NCBI GenBank assembly: GCA_964248365.1
Contig: CAXTYC010000004.1
Location: forward strand, 204,453-268,452
DNA: 64,000 nucleotides
Reading direction: 5' to 3'
Source: an uncultured Chroococcidiopsis sp.
GTDB taxonomy: Bacteria; Cyanobacteriota; Cyanobacteriia; Cyanobacteriales; Chroococcidiopsidaceae
Part shown: in pieces, positions 1-11,100 of the stretch
Layout of the letters: each line of letters opens with the position of its first letter
How positions within the stretch are numbered: position 1 is the stretch's first letter
Made by a program: the position numbers and the translations under genes
The notes under the pieces: generated by a model
Databases searched by the model: none
Told to the model about the DNA's origin: nothing
What the model saw: the letters and a program-made list of their open reading frames with translations, nothing else

Positions 1-2
1 AT

Positions 3-440
3 AATCGAGTTTACTGGGAAAATCGCCCCTATTATGGCTTTGGCATGGGAGCGGCAAGTTATACCAATGGGCAACGATTCACACGACCTGGTAAGACTAA
101 AGAATACTACCAGTGGGTACAAGATTTTATTACTGCCCAGGGTGTGTTAAATTGTCCGCAAACTCCCCTAGATGAAGTTTTGTTAGAAACTTTAATGCTG
201 GGGTTACGGTTGGCTGAGGGTGTGAGTTTGTCTACTCTGGCTGCATTTGGAGAAAAGACGCTGGAACGAATTTGGACTTGTTTGCAGCCGTACTATCAAA
301 AAGGCTGGGTGGAAGTTGTGGGTACGGTATTTGATGGTAAATTGCCCAGTGTTGGGCGGTTGCGGTTGAGTGATCCGCAGGGGTTTTTGTTTTCTAATGT
401 GGTTTTGGCGGATTTGTTTGGTCAGTTGCAGGTAGATTAA
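3..440 (+). CDS. hemW: Radical SAM heme chaperone HemW/HemN-like, C-terminal part (5' end outside window)
   Basis: Frame is open from base 3: NRVYWENRPYYGFGMGAASY...ETLMLGLRLAEGV...GFLFSNVV, a typical HemW C-terminus. Confidence 0.85.
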   Translation, partial: NRVYWENRPYYGFGMGAASYTNGQRFTRPGKTKEYYQWVQDFITAQGVLNCPQTPLDEVLLETLMLGLRLAEGVSLSTLAAFGEKTLERIWTCLQPYYQKGWVEVVGTVFDGKLPSVGRLRLSDPQGFLFSNVVLADLFGQLQVD

Positions 441-738
441 CGAACCGCAAAGGCGCAAAGGGCGCAGAGGAAGAGGAGAGAGGAAAGGTCGAACCTCGTC
501 TGATAGATTTGACTCTAGCAATTAAAGTTGTGGCTAGATTGTTTATACAATAGTTTCACACTAACAGAGCAATTCTTTAAAATTGAACAAGTCCTTTGGT
601 AAGCAAAGTTACTGGCAAAACCAGCAACTATGCCCTACCCAATTCTGTTTGGCTGCGGGGAGGAGCGGTAATGGACTTGATACGGCTATTGGCTTTCCTC
701 TTGCACAATACCTTTCAGATTTAATGTATTTTACTAGA

Positions 739-811
<73 letters not shown>

Positions 812-1052
812 GTTGCATATAGAAAATTAGTATAGCAGATTGTTACCAGAAAAAGCTATGATTTTTGAAAAAGATTTTGCTGATAGTATATCGCCTTAGT
901 ATCTATGGGTTTGAGCCAAAGATTTTGGCTCTTGGTAGTCACAACCGCTTTCAACTAGAATTATCTAAAAAGCAGTTCTAACCCAGCTAGCTTCGTAATT
1001 CGTAATTAATAATTCTTCCCTGCTCCCCTTTGCTATCTTAAAAGCCCCTCCT

Positions 1053-3758
1053 ATGGACATGACACAAGAAGAAAAAAGATTAGCAGAAGATCGCGATCGC
1101 CTAGTGTATTGGCGGCGTTGGGGTTCCTATTTGAGTGAACGGCAATGGGGAACAGTGCGAGAAGACTATAGCCCATCAGGATCAGCTTGGGACTATTTTC
1201 CCCACGAACAAGCGCGTTCTCGTGCCTATCGTTGGGGTGAGGATGGTATTGCGGGAATTTCTGATAATCACCAAAGACTTTGTTTTGCAGTTGCACTTTG
1301 GAACGGTACAGATTCGATTCTAAAAGAAAGACTTTTTGGTTTAACCGGAAGCGAAGGCAATCATGGCGAAGATGTTAAGGAGTATTACTTTTATCTTGAC
1401 AATACTCCTACTCACTCTTATATGAAATACCTCTATAAATATCCACAACAAGCATTTCCCTATGACTCTTTAGTAGAAGAAAATCGAAACCGAGGTTATG
1501 GCGATCGCGAATATGAATTGCTAGACACAGGTATATTTAATGACAACCGTTATTTTGATGTTTTTGTTGAATATGCTAAGCATTCAGCCGAAGATATTTT
1601 AATTAAAATCAGTGTAACTAATCGAGGCGAAGAGGAGAAAACACTCCATGTTTTACCCACTCTCTGGTTTCGTAATATTTGGTCTTGGGGAAGATTCAAA
1701 ACTAAGCCTTTTTTGAAAAAATTAAAAGTAGACAACGACATGAGTGTGATAGAAGCGTCTCATTCAGCTTTGGGAGAACGCTGGCTATATTGTCAAGGTG
1801 CAACAGAATTGTTGTTTACAGAAAATGAAACTAATAATGAAAGATTATTTGGTGTAAGTAATAACTCGCCTTGGGTGAAGGATGGCATAAATAATTACAT
1901 TGTTCATGGTGATAAAAACGCTGTTAATTCCTTTCAAACTGGAACTAAGTTTGCAGCACATTATTTATTAAATATTGCGGCAGGAGAAACCAAATCTGTT
2001 TGTTTGCGGCTGAGTGATATCCCCCTTGCCCCCCTTATGAAGGGGGGCAAGGGGGGATCACCATTTGGAACAGATTTTGATAATATATTCCAAACTCGTA
2101 TCCGCGAAGCAGATGAATTTTATAATCGTATCTGTTCACCTTCGCTGACAGAAGATAAAAAGAATATACAGCGGCAAGCTTTTGCTGGAATGTTGTGGAG
2201 TAAACAATTTTATTACTACGTTGTCCATGATTGGCTTCAAGGAGATCCTGACAATCCAACACCACCCTCGTCACGCCAAAATATCAGAAATCAAGATTGG
2301 ATTCATCTTTTCAATAATGATATTATATCCATGCCAGATAAATGGGAATATCCCTGGTATGCAGCATGGGATTTAGCATTTCATGTGATTCCATTAGTAA
2401 TGATCGATCCAGACTTTGCCAAGCGACAACTAACTCGTTTGACAAGAGAATGGTATATGCATCCCAATGGTCAATTACCAGCTTATGAATGGAATTTCAG
2501 TGATGTTAATCCGCCTGTTCATGCTTGGGCTGCATGGCGTGTATATAAAATTGAACAAAAAATGTATGGTCGCGCTGATAAATTATTTCTAGAGCGCGTA
2601 TTTCAAAAGTTGCTGCTTAATTTTACTTGGTGGGTAAACCGCAAAGATGTTACGGGAAAGAACGTATTTCAAGGCGGTTTCCTGGGCATGGATAACATTG
2701 GTGTGTTTGACCGAAATATGAAACTGCCCACCGATGGATATTTGCAACAGTCAGATGGTACGAGTTGGATGGGAATGTACTGTCTAAATATGCTGGCGAT
2801 CGCGTTAGAATTGGCGAAAGACAATTCGGCATACGAAGATATTGCTAGCAAATTTTTCGAGCATTTTCTCTATATCGCAGATGCCATGAACCGTATGGGC
2901 GAAGCCAGAACGGGGCTATGGGATGAAGAAGATGGCTTTTACTATGATCTGCTACATTTGCCTGATCAAAGTGATGTATTGTTGAAAGTGCGAAGTCTAG
3001 TAGGATTAGTGCCACTGTTTGCAGTTGAAACTTTAGAAACAGAAACTTTGCAGCAACTTCCAGGCTTTAAAAAGCGCATGGAATGGTTTATTAACAATCG
3101 TCCTGACTTGCGACAAAATGTTGCTTGTATGGAGTCGCCAGGTATTGGCGCAAAAAGATTACTAGCAATTTGCTACAAACCCCCTGGAGGCGGCGAACAG
3201 CAAAATAAACTCCGGCGGATTCTACACACAATGTTAGATGAAAACGAGTTTCTTAGCCCCTATGGAATTCGTTCTGTTTCTAAATATCATCAGGAGCATC
3301 CCTATTGCTTAAAATTGGATGGAGAGGAATACAATATAGATTACGAACCAGCAGAATCTACTAATGCTATGTTTGGCGGTAATTCTAACTGGCGTGGTCC
3401 AATTTGGTTTCCGATAAATTATCTAATTATCGAGTCACTGCAAAAGTTTCATTACTACCTGGGCGATGATTTTAAAATAGATTTTCCAACAGGTTCCGGT
3501 CAAGAAATGAACCTTTGGGAAGTCGCACAAGAATTATCAAAAAGACTAACTCGAATTTTTCTCGAAGATGAATCAGGTAGACGACCAGTATATGGAGATT
3601 TAGAGAAGTTTCAAACCGATGCTGATTGGCGGGATTTAATTCTTTTTCATGAATATTTTCATGGTGATAACGGTGCTGGATTAGGAGCAAATCATCAAAC
3701 TGGGTGGACGGGATTAGTAGCAAAATTGATTCAGCAATGTGGCGAGTATAGGGGGTGA
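1053..3758 (+). CDS. Glycoside hydrolase family 63-like (MGH1/glucosidase-type) protein
   Basis: 901 aa with [47 protein letters not shown] and [23 protein letters not shown] motifs. Confidence 0.85.
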   Translation: MDMTQEEKRLAEDRDRLVYWRRWGSYLSERQWGTVREDYSPSGSAWDYFPHEQARSRAYRWGEDGIAGISDNHQRLCFAVALWNGTDSILKERLFGLTGSEGNHGEDVKEYYFYLDNTPTHSYMKYLYKYPQQAFPYDSLVEENRNRGYGDREYELLDTGIFNDNRYFDVFVEYAKHSAEDILIKISVTNRGEEEKTLHVLPTLWFRNIWSWGRFKTKPFLKKLKVDNDMSVIEASHSALGERWLYCQGATELLFTENETNNERLFGVSNNSPWVKDGINNYIVHGDKNAVNSFQTGTKFAAHYLLNIAAGETKSVCLRLSDIPLAPLMKGGKGGSPFGTDFDNIFQTRIREADEFYNRICSPSLTEDKKNIQRQAFAGMLWSKQFYYYVVHDWLQGDPDNPTPPSSRQNIRNQDWIHLFNNDIISMPDKWEYPWYAAWDLAFHVIPLVMIDPDFAKRQLTRLTREWYMHPNGQLPAYEWNFSDVNPPVHAWAAWRVYKIEQKMYGRADKLFLERVFQKLLLNFTWWVNRKDVTGKNVFQGGFLGMDNIGVFDRNMKLPTDGYLQQSDGTSWMGMYCLNMLAIALELAKDNSAYEDIASKFFEHFLYIADAMNRMGEARTGLWDEEDGFYYDLLHLPDQSDVLLKVRSLVGLVPLFAVETLETETLQQLPGFKKRMEWFINNRPDLRQNVACMESPGIGAKRLLAICYKPPGGGEQQNKLRRILHTMLDENEFLSPYGIRSVSKYHQEHPYCLKLDGEEYNIDYEPAESTNAMFGGNSNWRGPIWFPINYLIIESLQKFHYYLGDDFKIDFPTGSGQEMNLWEVAQELSKRLTRIFLEDESGRRPVYGDLEKFQTDADWRDLILFHEYFHGDNGAGLGANHQTGWTGLVAKLIQQCGEYRG
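2021..2055. repeat. GC-rich palindromic dispersed repeat inside the GH63 CDS
   Basis: CCCCCTTGCCCCCCTT-ATG-AAGGGGGGCAAGGGGG: perfect 16-bp stem, 3-nt loop. Confidence 0.7.
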
Positions 3759-3943
3759 AACATGGTAGGATGCGTCCCACAACTTACCTGTAGGAGTTTT
3801 GGTGCGGCTAGTGGAGGGAGCGTGGAGAAGTTTAAGGTGTAGCTGCTTGTTGTTAGACTATATATTATAAGTCTCACTGGTTATGGTAGGCGATCGCTCA
3901 CTCGACCTAATTGATAGAAAATGGCTTCATTCCCATCCTTGTT

Positions 3944-4810
3944 ATGACTGCTGCTATCCCCGTTGTCAAACCTGTTAGTCAAATGAGGCTAGCTCCAGGT
4001 AGCACCGTCACTATTCCCAACGTCAGTTGGCAGGAATTTGAGTGTATTTTACAAGAATTAGGAGAGCATAGAGCAGCACGAGTTGCCTACAGTAAGGAAA
4101 CTTTAGAGATTGTGGTTCCTCTACCTGAGCATGAAAAACGGTTGTGTTGCAAAAAACGATGCTGAGCAGGTAGTGTATTCTCTGTAAACAGTTAATACTG
4201 TCTCAATGAACCACTCGCATCCCTTTAAATGGCAGCATTTTGAATCAGAAATCATCGGGCTAGTGTGTGAGGTGGTATTCGAGATATCCACTTTCGCTAC
4301 CGCCACATGGAAGAGATAATCAGGGAGAGAGGATGGTTCTGTTGACCATACAACTATATACAGATGGGTGCAGCACTATGCGCTGCTAATTAGAGAAAAG
4401 ATGCAAGCGAAAATTTTTGGAGTTGCTGTATAACGAGAGCTGATTGTCAGGATTGCTCTGTCCTTAAAAAGTTGTTGCAACACAACCGTTTTTATATCCA
4501 GAATTATCAGCGTATGATTACTCGTCGTAGGTTTGAGCCTAACGATCCTCCCCCAGATCTTGCTATTGAAATAGATGTCACTTCTAAAACGACTCTCGAC
4601 GCTATTGAAGCGATCGCAGTCCTAGAACTATGGGTATACGCCAGCCAGAAGCTGAGCGTTTATCTACTCCAAGATGGAAAATACCTAGAATCTAATACCA
4701 GCCCTATCTTTCCAAACGTACCTATTGCTCAAATTATACCTGCGGTTGTTGAACGTGCGTGTCTTGTGGGGAGTGTTCAGGCATTAGAAGAATTTGCAGC
4801 AACAATTTGA
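3944..4810 (+). pseudogene. Uma2 (DUF820) family endonuclease, split by an IS6 remnant
   Basis: N-part VSWQEFECILQELGEHRAARVAYSKETLEIVVPLPEHEK (3944-4139) and C-part FYIQNYQ...PPPDLAIEIDVTS...ELWVY (4488-4810) flank the IS. Confidence 0.85.
4140..4487 (+). mobile_element. Internally deleted IS6-family element (348 bp)
   Basis: Terminal inverted repeats GGTTGTGTTGCAA / TTGCAACACAACC resemble IS26-type ends. Frameshifted transposase N-terminus from 4206: MNHSHPFKWQHFESEII...RWYSRYP...YRHMEEI...SVDHTTIYRWVQHYA. Confidence 0.85.
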
Positions 4811-4993
4811 AGTGTGCTGACGATAAATACTTCACCCAAAAGTCAGACGAAGAAAACACAAGATAATGAATTAAAAAATACCAAGACTACAATACAGATG
4901 GTATCGAAATTTAAAGCACGATCGCTTTTGGAGAAATTAAGTGGGCGCGATCGCAAAACACTAGAGTTTGTAACGTAAAGGGATATTAGCCGT

Positions 4994-7150
4994 TCATTCT
5001 CGATTTTCGTGCCGCCAACGTCCCCTAACAAGTCGGATTTCGTCGTAAGTATAATCCTCACCCAAATATTCCCGAATTTGAGTGAGCGAGTGACTACCAA
5101 CGACTTGCAATGCTTGCAAAATTTTGACTTGGCGATCGCTCGTAACCAACCGATTCAAGTCTACGGCTTCGTTCTTCTCCACCAAATCAGACAGGTGACG
5201 AATAATTGTTGTCAGGCGAAGATTGCGTTTTTGGGCAATTTCTTCTACACTTAGCCCTTGTTGATGTAACTGCAAGGTGTATAGTTCAGTGTCTGAGGCT
5301 GTAGCAGGTAGAGGAGTTGTAGTATCCTGCTGCACACTCAAGCCTTGTTCTTGACAATAAGCCAGGATTTCTGCTAGAAATATTTTCCCGTATTGTGCCA
5401 ATTTGTGAGTACCAACACCGGAAATTTGGGCAAAAGCGGCTAAAGATTGGGGTTGCTGCAAAGCCATCAATTTGAGAGTAGAATCTGCAAACACGACATA
5501 AGGGGGAACTGATTGTTCGTCAGCAATTTGTTTGCGCAGCGATCGCAGTCTCCCAAATAGCATTTCAACTTCAGTTGTTCGCGTCTCCAAGGGTTGAGCG
5601 ACACCCATTTGAGGAGTAGTAACAGCAATCGAAACTGTACGCACTCGCCGCATCACTTCCCAACTATGAGCGTTGAGCTTCAATACTGAGTAACCATCAA
5701 CTGTTTGATCGACTAAGCCTTGATGCAAAAGACTTCGCCCCAGCAACCGCCAATCCTCCACACTTTTATCTTTACCAATACCATAAGTTGAAAGCTTGTC
5801 ATGACCGTTTTGCAAAATCTTCTGATTTTTTGAACCGCGCAAGACATCTATGATGTAGTTCATGCCAAATCGTTCTTTGCAACGAGCCACACAGGAAAGA
5901 AATTTCATCGCTTCAATTGTCCAGTCTGCAACTGGTTTCGGGTAACGGCAGTTATCGCATTTACCACAATTACCCGCAAATCTTTCGCCAAAATAGCCCA
6001 AAACAATTGTGCGACGGCAATCTGTACCTTCGGCAAAATCTAGTACCTGACGTAACTGTTGACGGGCGATTCGCTGTTCTTGCAAATCGGGTTTTTGCTC
6101 AATCAGATACTCAATTGTCTTAATGTCGCCATAGCCGAAAAACAGTGTACAACGAGCAACTTCCCCATCTCGTCCCGCCCGTCCAGATTCTTGATAATAG
6201 CTTTCTAAGTTGCGGGGTAAGTCGTAATGAATCACAAACCGTACATCTGGCTTGTTAATTCCCATGCCAAAAGCGATCGTAGCCACCATGACACGAACAT
6301 CATCCCGAATAAAACTGGTTTGATTGGCTGTGCGTTGAGCATCATCCAATCCAGCATGGTAAGGTAGAGCCGCGATACCATCATGTTGTAGCTTGAGTGC
6401 AATTTCATCAACTTTACGCCGACTAAGGCAATAGACAATACCCGATCCTTCTGTTTGACGAATCAGTTGCAAAAGTTGGCTATAGCTTTGTTTCTGCTTG
6501 GGCTGGATTTCGTAATAAAGATTGGGACGGTTGAAGCTGGCAATGTGAATACTTGGTTTTTCTAGTCCCAATTGTTGTATAATGTCTTGGCGCACGCGAT
6601 CTGTCGCTGTAGCCGTAAGTGCAAGTGTCGGTACGCCAGAATAGCGTTGGCGTAATTGTTTTAGCTGTCGATATTCGGGACGAAAATCGTGTCCCCATTC
6701 GGAAACACAATGGGCTTCATCGATCGCAAAGGCAGCAATCCCAATTTTTTCCCCCACTAAATCTAGAAAAGGCAGAAATCTTTCACTCAGCAAGCGTTCT
6801 GGGGCGATGTAGAGTAGTTTGACTTTGCCTGCCAGAATTGCTTGTTCACGCGATCGCACTTGATAGGAGTTGAGACTACTATTGATAAGTGTCGCCCCAA
6901 TCCCATTATCGCGCAGCGCTTCCACTTGGTCTTGCATTAAGGCGATTAGTGGCGATACCACGACAGTTAAGCCTTTTTTTAACAGTGCTGGGAGTTGAAA
7001 ACACAGAGACTTACCCCCACCTGTGGGCATCACAATCAGCAAATCTTGATTCTCTAGTGCTTGTTCGATAATCTGCTGTTGTCCGAGGCGGAAGCAATCG
7101 TAGCCAAAATAATGTTTAAGTGCTGCTTCCAGGGATTGAAGCTGAGGCAT
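4994..7150 (-). CDS. recQ: ATP-dependent DNA helicase RecQ
   Basis: MPTGGGKSLCFQLP, DEAHCVSEWGHDFRPEY, YYQESGRAGRDG, RQC Zn cysteines, HRDC domain (VPPYVVF). Confidence 0.97.
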   Translation of the reverse strand: MPQLQSLEAALKHYFGYDCFRLGQQQIIEQALENQDLLIVMPTGGGKSLCFQLPALLKKGLTVVVSPLIALMQDQVEALRDNGIGATLINSSLNSYQVRSREQAILAGKVKLLYIAPERLLSERFLPFLDLVGEKIGIAAFAIDEAHCVSEWGHDFRPEYRQLKQLRQRYSGVPTLALTATATDRVRQDIIQQLGLEKPSIHIASFNRPNLYYEIQPKQKQSYSQLLQLIRQTEGSGIVYCLSRRKVDEIALKLQHDGIAALPYHAGLDDAQRTANQTSFIRDDVRVMVATIAFGMGINKPDVRFVIHYDLPRNLESYYQESGRAGRDGEVARCTLFFGYGDIKTIEYLIEQKPDLQEQRIARQQLRQVLDFAEGTDCRRTIVLGYFGERFAGNCGKCDNCRYPKPVADWTIEAMKFLSCVARCKERFGMNYIIDVLRGSKNQKILQNGHDKLSTYGIGKDKSVEDWRLLGRSLLHQGLVDQTVDGYSVLKLNAHSWEVMRRVRTVSIAVTTPQMGVAQPLETRTTEVEMLFGRLRSLRKQIADEQSVPPYVVFADSTLKLMALQQPQSLAAFAQISGVGTHKLAQYGKIFLAEILAYCQEQGLSVQQDTTTPLPATASDTELYTLQLHQQGLSVEEIAQKRNLRLTTIIRHLSDLVEKNEAVDLNRLVTSDRQVKILQALQVVGSHSLTQIREYLGEDYTYDEIRLVRGRWRHENRE

Positions 7151-7402
7151 GGTTGATGGGATAGGGGTTAATATTCTATATTATTTTGCCCTGATAGTGA
7201 TACGTCAAAAGACTCTTAATAAAAGAAATGTATGTTGAAAGCGCGATCGCAAATCTCCAGAAGGCGAATTCCCTGTTGTGGTGTTAAACTGCAATGTGCG
7301 GTAATCTTATATCTTCAGAGTTAGACTGCTCTTGTGTAGGATAACATTGCCAATCAGTAGCTTAGATCGCAGTGTGAAGCATAATTATCTAGTTATGCCG
7401 CA

Positions 7403-7951
7403 GTGTTATCGGTGGGAATGGTACTTGAAGGTTGTCTGTCATCGTTTCGCGTTTGTTGTGATTTATTTGGTGGGACGTGTGCTTTGAGGTTGTCAATCAG
7501 ACAACTAGTGCCATATGAGAACGTTCTGCGGTATGGAGTTTTGGGAATGCAAAACATTATTGGGTCTTGGGTATCAAGTTTGCAATATTCTCCTGGTACT
7601 CCGGCTGATGAAAGGCTTTCTTTCTTCGATTCTGGAATTGGGCTTCTTGAAATCATCAATTGGGGACTGTGTTCGATTGAGAAATTTGATTGGATTTGTA
7701 AGGACGGAACGTTAGAGATTGAAACTGAGTGGGCTGCCTACAACGACGGACAAGATAACTTTGAAAAAGAGGAGACGTTTATTTTTGGTTCAAGGCGGAT
7801 TGATTACAAAATAGAAGTGGGACATTCACCTGTATATGGAACAATGGATTTTTTGAGCTTCAATAATTTATGCATAAATCATCAATCGAAATTTGTAAAA
7901 GCAAATAAAACATTTGATTTGGAGTGCTTGAAAGAATTTGGACTTTCTTAA
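7403..7951 (+). CDS. Hypothetical protein (start uncertain)
   Basis: 182-codon ORF filling the gap between recQ and SemiSWEET; no motif recognised. Confidence 0.35.
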   Translation: MLSVGMVLEGCLSSFRVCCDLFGGTCALRLSIRQLVPYENVLRYGVLGMQNIIGSWVSSLQYSPGTPADERLSFFDSGIGLLEIINWGLCSIEKFDWICKDGTLEIETEWAAYNDGQDNFEKEETFIFGSRRIDYKIEVGHSPVYGTMDFLSFNNLCINHQSKFVKANKTFDLECLKEFGLS

Positions 7952-8078
7952 AGCATGAGAGCAGGTGCGACATAACACCTCGTTGGAACGGACGAATGGG
8001 CGTTAGATCTAGTTTGCCACCCATACCCACCATTATCATATTTGGTAGGCATTGCCCACCCTACAAACTTAATTATCT

Positions 8079-8333
8079 ATGGATTTTATTACAATTTTGG
8101 GATTAGTTGCGGGAACTTTAACAACTATCGCCTTTTTACCTCAACTAATTAAAACCTGGAAATCAAAATCAGCTAAAGATGTCTCTCTTGAAATGCTAAT
8201 AGTATTTTCTATTGGTGTCTTTCTTTGGCTAATTTATGGAATTTATCTGCAAGCACTACCAATTATTCTTGCTAACTTGTTGACCTTAATTTTCAACTTA
8301 GTAATTTTAGGGCTTAAAATTAGATATAGATGA
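8079..8333 (+). CDS. SemiSWEET / PQ-loop family sugar transporter
   Basis: 84 aa, 3 TM helices, LTTIAFLPQLIKTWKSKSAKDVS and PIILAN. Confidence 0.9.
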   Translation: MDFITILGLVAGTLTTIAFLPQLIKTWKSKSAKDVSLEMLIVFSIGVFLWLIYGIYLQALPIILANLLTLIFNLVILGLKIRYR

Positions 8334-8373
8334 TAAACAATTCGGAGTTCAAAATTCGGAATTTGTAATTAAT

Positions 8374-10029
8374 ATGAGTGCATCTGCCTTTGCTGCTGAA
8401 CGACTACTATTTACTCCAGCTACACCTGATACTGATGCAATACCTACTATCTTTGCCTTCCCTAATGAATATAGTGTGGGCATTACCAGCTTAGGTTATC
8501 AAGTGGTGTGGGCAACTTTGGCAATGCGTTCTGATGTGCAAGTGAGTCGTTTATTTACTGATATTCACGAACAGCTACCGCGATCGGCTGGGTTAGTTGG
8601 CTTTTCCTGTTCCTGGGAGTTGGATTACGTCAATATCCTCAATTTACTAGAATTTTTGCAAATTCCGATTCGTAATAATGCTCGTTCCCAAACCGATCCT
8701 TTGATATTTGGTGGGGGATCGGTACTGACAGCAAATCCAGAACCCTTTGCAGACTTTTTCGACATCATTTTGTTAGGAGATGGGGAAAACCTGCTAGGAA
8801 ATTTCATTGAAGCATATAAACAAGTTCGCCATGCTGACAGAAAAACTCAGCTACGCCATTTAGCACAAGTACCAGGAGTTTATGTTCCCAGTCTGTATGA
8901 GGTGACTTATGATGATCCTACTGGCTGTATCAAATCAATTGAACCAGTAGCAGCTGACATTCCAGCACAAGTTGAAAAGCAGACTTATCGCGGTAATACT
9001 TTATCAACTTCAACAGTTGTCACCGAGAAAGCAGCCTGGGAAAACATCTACATGGTGGAAGTGGTACGCAGTTGTCCAGAAATGTGTCGTTTTTGCCTTG
9101 CTAGTTATCTTACACTACCTTTTCGGACAGCAAGTGTAGATTCGTTAATTGGGGCAATTGAGCGGGGATTAGCTGTTACCGATCGCATAGGCTTATTAGG
9201 AGCATCTGTAACTCAGCATCCTGAGTTTGAGTCTTTGCTTGATTACTTGAGTAAACCTGAATATAATCATGTTCGCCTGAGTATAGCCTCAGTACGCACA
9301 AATACAGTAACAGTGAAACTCGCACAGACTTTGGCAAAGCGAGATACGCGATCGCTTACCATTGCTGTAGAAAGTGGTTCAGCACATTTACGCCAAATTG
9401 TCAACAAAAAGCTAGATAACGATCAAATTATTCAAGCGGCGGTGAATGCTAAAGCAGGCGGTTTAAGTGGATTAAAACTCTATGGAATGGTGGGTATTCC
9501 AGGGGAAGAACCAGAGGATTTGGACGATACAGTAAAGATGATGCGAAGTCTCAAAAAAGCTGCACCTGGATTAAGGTTAACATTCGGATGTAGTACTTTT
9601 GTCCCCAAGGCGCATACACCATTTCAGTGGTTTGGGGTAAATTCCCAAGCAGAGAAACGGCTGCAATTTTTGCAGAAACAACTCAAACCCCAAGGAATTG
9701 ATTTTCGCCCCGAAAGTTACAATTGGTCAGTGATTCAGGCTTTAATATCTAGAGGCGATCGCCGTTTATCCCAATTGCTAGAATTAACAAGACATTATGG
9801 CGACTCTCTGGGTAGCTACCGTCGTGCTTTCAAGCAGCTACGTGGGCAACTTCCCCAGTTAGACTTTTATGTTCACACCAATTGGTCAAAAACACAAGTC
9901 TTGCCTTGGAGTCATTTGCAAGCACCACTGTCTCAAGCTACATTACTCAAACATTTAGCAACTGCTGAGGAATTATTCAACTCATCAGTGCGTGAATCAC
10001 CAGTTAGTGTCAACCTCCCAATAAAGTAG
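8374..10029 (+). CDS. B12-binding-domain radical SAM protein
   Basis: CPEMCRFC (CxxxCxxC) motif; N-terminal FPNEYSVGITSLGYQ; FVPKAHTPFQW. Confidence 0.85.
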   Translation: MSASAFAAERLLFTPATPDTDAIPTIFAFPNEYSVGITSLGYQVVWATLAMRSDVQVSRLFTDIHEQLPRSAGLVGFSCSWELDYVNILNLLEFLQIPIRNNARSQTDPLIFGGGSVLTANPEPFADFFDIILLGDGENLLGNFIEAYKQVRHADRKTQLRHLAQVPGVYVPSLYEVTYDDPTGCIKSIEPVAADIPAQVEKQTYRGNTLSTSTVVTEKAAWENIYMVEVVRSCPEMCRFCLASYLTLPFRTASVDSLIGAIERGLAVTDRIGLLGASVTQHPEFESLLDYLSKPEYNHVRLSIASVRTNTVTVKLAQTLAKRDTRSLTIAVESGSAHLRQIVNKKLDNDQIIQAAVNAKAGGLSGLKLYGMVGIPGEEPEDLDDTVKMMRSLKKAAPGLRLTFGCSTFVPKAHTPFQWFGVNSQAEKRLQFLQKQLKPQGIDFRPESYNWSVIQALISRGDRRLSQLLELTRHYGDSLGSYRRAFKQLRGQLPQLDFYVHTNWSKTQVLPWSHLQAPLSQATLLKHLATAEELFNSSVRESPVSVNLPIK

Positions 10030-10099
10030 GGTGCGTTATTAACGCACCCTACAAAATTTAACCATCCAAGAAAGTAAGGTGGGCAATTGCCCACCCTAC
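10026..10099. repeat. Two adjacent GTAG-type REP/SDR palindromes
   Basis: GTAGGGTGCGTTATTAACGCACCCTAC (10026-10052) and GTAAGGTGGGCAATTGCCCACCCTAC (10074-10099) between convergent genes. Confidence 0.75.
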
Positions 10100-10125
10100 A
10101 ATAAAGGTAAGGATTATACCTAAGC

Positions 10126-10377
10126 TTACAGATCGTAGATTAGACACTCAACCGCTTCTGGATGAGCTTCACAGTAATTGTCTAATGAAGTTTTGGGCGA
10201 AGCTTTCGCTTCTCGATGAGACTTTTCTGCTTGTAGCTCTTCCACAATATCCCAAGCTACAGCACAATCACTAGAGGAGTTGCCCTTTGCTTCACAAGCA
10301 GCACGAGCTTGCTCAACGGCTTCTTGAATGGCTTGCTGTATTTTGGTATTCTCAATATGGTTTACAGTGTTATTCAT
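10126..10377 (-). CDS. cp12: CP12 Calvin-cycle regulatory protein with both cysteine pairs
   Basis: ACEAKGNSSSDCAVAWDIVEELQAE and YCEAHPEAVECLIYD; ATG at 10377 follows an AGAGGA RBS. Confidence 0.9.
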   Translation of the reverse strand: MNNTVNHIENTKIQQAIQEAVEQARAACEAKGNSSSDCAVAWDIVEELQAEKSHREAKASPKTSLDNYCEAHPEAVECLIYDL

Positions 10378-10653
10378 CAAATCCTCTTTTGTGCTTGACA
10401 AGCACAATTCAAAGTACTACCAGCTTCTGAATCTTTACATCTGTGATGCTCTTACCTCCCATCTTATCCACCCTCAAACAGGATTGCAGGGGGGTAAAAC
10501 CGTAATTTTGATAGACGGCTTTCCGTTGTTCACCGTTTTTTTCTGATTGCACCAAGAGACGAAAGATGAGAGAAAAGGACGTGAAACTCATACACAGCAA
10601 GAATAATGAAAACCATTCTTGTTGTGTTCCATCAAGTTGTGACAGCTTCTGAC

Positions 10654-10719
10654 TTTAAGAAAGAGCGATCGCGCTGTGGCGAGAATCTCTTCGTCTGTAA
10701 TAGTTTTATTACGGGGTAT
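10654..10719 (-). pseudogene. Remnant of a TetR-family regulator N-terminus
   Basis: (I)PRNKTITDEEILATARSLFLK resembles TetR helix 1. ATA stands where ATG is expected and similarity stops after about 22 codons. Confidence 0.45.
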
Positions 10720-10751
10720 TAAATTTGCGTTCAGTTCGAGGGAAAAAATAG

Positions 10752-10938
10752 AAAAATCCCTCGGCTTCATGGGTGATCTGTAATGCACAATGGTTGGGAG
10801 GCGAAGGCTTGAAAAAATAAGTCAGCCAATTTCATCGTTATCTGTTTGTCCCAATATTAGAAGGATTTGGTTTGAAGGCTGACTTATTTTTTTTGCGCCA
10901 ACTTCCAGATCTATTTTGTTAAAAGCCGAGGGATTTTT
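10752..10938. repeat. Nested inverted-repeat element (187 bp)
   Basis: Outer IR AAAAATCCCTCGGCTT (10752-10767) / AAGCCGAGGGATTTTT (10923-10938); inner IR AAAAAATAAGTCAGCC (10812-10827) / GGCTGACTTATTTTTT (10877-10892). Confidence 0.75.
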
Positions 10939-11100
10939 AGACTTCGTGTTCAAGGTAGTTCGTGCGATATCTCACACAAGGTTATACCATTTTAGATTTT
11001 AGATTTTAGATAATAGAATTGGGGAATCCTCATCAGTAGCCCCACGTAGCAATTCGTTGGTAGCAGCCATAAAGCCAAATGGTATTAGATATTTTTACGT

